NCBI GenBank assembly: GCA_963788195.1
Contig: CAWBGA010000002.1
Span: 288,001-352,000 of the forward strand
Reading direction: 5' to 3'
Origin: Nitrospirota bacterium
Lineage (GTDB): Bacteria; Nitrospirota; Nitrospiria; Nitrospirales; NS-4
Length of the DNA: 64,000 nt
The notes under the pieces were generated by a model. The model had not been told where the DNA came from, searched no databases, and was given only the letters and a program-made list of their open reading frames with translations. The position numbers were made by a program, and so were the translations under genes. Shown here in pieces: positions 62,431 to 64,000 of this stretch; position 1 is the first letter of the stretch, and every line of letters starts with the position of its first letter.

Positions 62431-62622
62431 GATGCCGCGTGCCTCCAGATTCGCTCGCGTGCTCAGACCATCAAGACGAGAGCAGACTATACCTGATAAT
62501 TCTTAATGGGGATGACTAAGAAGGAGGGAACGGCATTCCTTCGGGGTACTGCCGGTTAAGTACAGTGTTCGGCATCACCTCGAACTTTATGAATGAGCGG
62601 CTTGGCCCTGAAGTCTAGCCTG

Positions 62623-62787
62623 CTAACGCGGGTGGTAGGTTGTCTCTGGCTCTATAACGACGGGAGGGCCCTCGCAACCAACGACACGGTTCTGGTTTTG
62701 GAGGATCTTCAATTGATCTTGTAACTCCGCGTTCTTTGCGCGTTCGCGTTTCAACGCGGATACCAGGCTTGCGATGATGTCTTGCAC
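62623..62787 (-). CDS. Small 54-aa coiled-coil protein (not in the ORF track)
   Basis: GTG start after GGGAGAGG; MQDIIASLVSALKRERAKNAELQDQLKILQNQNRVVGCEGPPVVIEPETTYHPR. Confidence 0.65.
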   Translation of the reverse strand: MQDIIASLVSALKRERAKNAELQDQLKILQNQNRVVGCEGPPVVIEPETTYHPR

Positions 62788-62811
62788 TTAGACCTCTCCC
62801 TTAAGTTGCGC

Positions 62812-62839
62812 ACTATACTCCTTTATGGGTAGGCGTCAA
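62812..62839 (-). promoter_or_regulatory. Sigma70 promoter TTGACG-N16-TATAGT for the small ORF
   Basis: Near-consensus hexamers ~25 nt upstream of the GTG. Confidence 0.65.
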
Positions 62840-63033
62840 GTCTGGGGTGACCATGGGTTTGCGAACGACGGGAGTTACGTTCTGGTGCGACGGATGGTTG
62901 AATAAGCCGCCCATCTGGTGGACGGCGTTTCCCCGAGAGGGCGTCAGGCAATGGGTCTTGAGCTGCTGGATTTCTGTAGATTTCGGTCCGGTGATATGCG
63001 TTATTTTTCCTATACACAAGTGGCATCGCTCCG

Positions 63034-63948
63034 TCATGGGTGTGCGCTGCGGGCATAGGCGATCAACGCGCTCAGCGCCGGTCCGCCACCCGCAGCATTG
63101 AACGCGGTGTCCGACGTGATCGGACAATTGGCCTCGGCGCTTTGCACGGCGACCACGCGCGGCCATGGCTCCTCACCAAACCATCCCCAGACCGCGCCCC
63201 CGGAATGCCCCTGGGTTACGTCCATCAGGTGATCGAGGCGCAGCCCGGTCTGTCCTTGCGACGTCTCCGTATGCTCGTGGAGGATCGAGGCCTTGTTCTG
63301 GAAAGCGGGACGCTCGGCACCGGCCAGATCATTCGGGTATCCCATGGTTTGCCAGAAGTCACCACCGTTCCATCTGTTGGCGTACGTGATGAAGCCGGGG
63401 TAGCCCACGACATCTCCGATGCGCCAGTCCAGTACGCACACGACGTAGTCGAAGGCCTGCTCGTGCAGGGAGATTCCCCTCGCGGGGACGTTGCTGAGCC
63501 AGAAGATGACGCGCGTCGCGAACGCAGTTCCATAGGGGCCCGGGCCCCGGTCGTGGGCAGGGTCGAACCGCACCCAGCCGGTCTTGCCGTCGAGCCATTG
63601 GATGCCGTGGGCAGACGTCAACAGATGCCTGGGACCTATGGTGCAGCCGCTCGACGTGCCCACGGGCGTTTCGACCCGGCCCATGGTGCGCCATGGAAAC
63701 GTCAAGGGATCATAGAGCATCCGGCTGTCCGGATCGGTCACGCATAGCGGTCGGCTGCGTCCTTCGCGCAAGGGATCAAAGTCGAAGGGCGGGCGCGAGC
63801 GCTCGCGTAGCCGGAGCGGCACGCGCGGCGGAACGAATTCGACAGCCAGATGCGGCGGCCGGTAGCCCACCGACCGGCTGTTCATTAAGCTTTCGTTCAT
63901 GCGTCCGAGGGCAGGGCGCTCCGCCGGAATCTTGTCGTAGGGAGTCAA
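63034..63948 (-). CDS. Trypsin-like serine protease (V8/glutamyl endopeptidase-like); 5' end may lie beyond the window
   Basis: Catalytic triad motifs LLTSAH, DYVV, GHSGG; MGYPND. Confidence 0.85.
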   Translation of the reverse strand: MTPYDKIPAERPALGRMNESLMNSRSVGYRPPHLAVEFVPPRVPLRLRERSRPPFDFDPLREGRSRPLCVTDPDSRMLYDPLTFPWRTMGRVETPVGTSSGCTIGPRHLLTSAHGIQWLDGKTGWVRFDPAHDRGPGPYGTAFATRVIFWLSNVPARGISLHEQAFDYVVCVLDWRIGDVVGYPGFITYANRWNGGDFWQTMGYPNDLAGAERPAFQNKASILHEHTETSQGQTGLRLDHLMDVTQGHSGGAVWGWFGEEPWPRVVAVQSAEANCPITSDTAFNAAGGGPALSALIAYARSAHP

Positions 63949-64000
63949 CGGACCCCGCGCTCGTCCACTCTGAACAATTTCGACGACGAACCGGTCCCCG

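Noticed and set aside
1..64000. CRISPR arrays, tRNA/rRNA, IS elements, defence systems
   Set aside because: No regularly spaced repeats, cloverleaf or rRNA signatures, transposase or nuclease motifs were found by eye

Overview
64 kb (sequence ends near 64,000) from a GC-rich diderm bacterium; gene content and style suggest Nitrospirota, which is inference only. The window is a motility/lifestyle super-cluster almost entirely on the + strand. In order: (1) tail of a polysaccharide export/modification locus (TPR-YaiO barrel, polysaccharide deacetylase); (2) a chimeric hybrid kinase plus receiver and a Wsp-like chemosensory operon (cheW-cheR/TPR-cheW-mcp-cheA/REC-cheB-REC); (3) HTH-motAB-HDOD-diguanylate cyclase; (4) flgFGAHIJMNKL-csrA-fliW followed by an anti-sigma-type kinase, a STAS protein and a REC-HD-GYP; (5) a ~15 kb nonulosonic-acid flagellin glycosylation island with two Maf/DUF115 proteins, a B12 radical SAM enzyme and a cytoplasmic sialidase-fold protein; (6) fliC-flaG-fliD-fliS-fliS-fliT, PilZ, a CsgG/TPR/TonB_C-like lipoprotein, and more two-component and c-di-GMP genes; (7) unrelated flanking genes. 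A recurring sigma28-type promoter (xAAG-N15-xCCGATA) and one sigma54 promoter can be read directly. Many genes are split by small indels, most likely sequencing/assembly errors, so they are annotated as single CDSs. No rRNA, tRNA, CRISPR array or transposase was seen. The most novel candidates are the radical-SAM/sialidase glycosylation island, the CsrA-FliW plus kinase-STAS double partner switch, the GGA-rich flagellin leader, and the CsgG-TonB_C lipoprotein.
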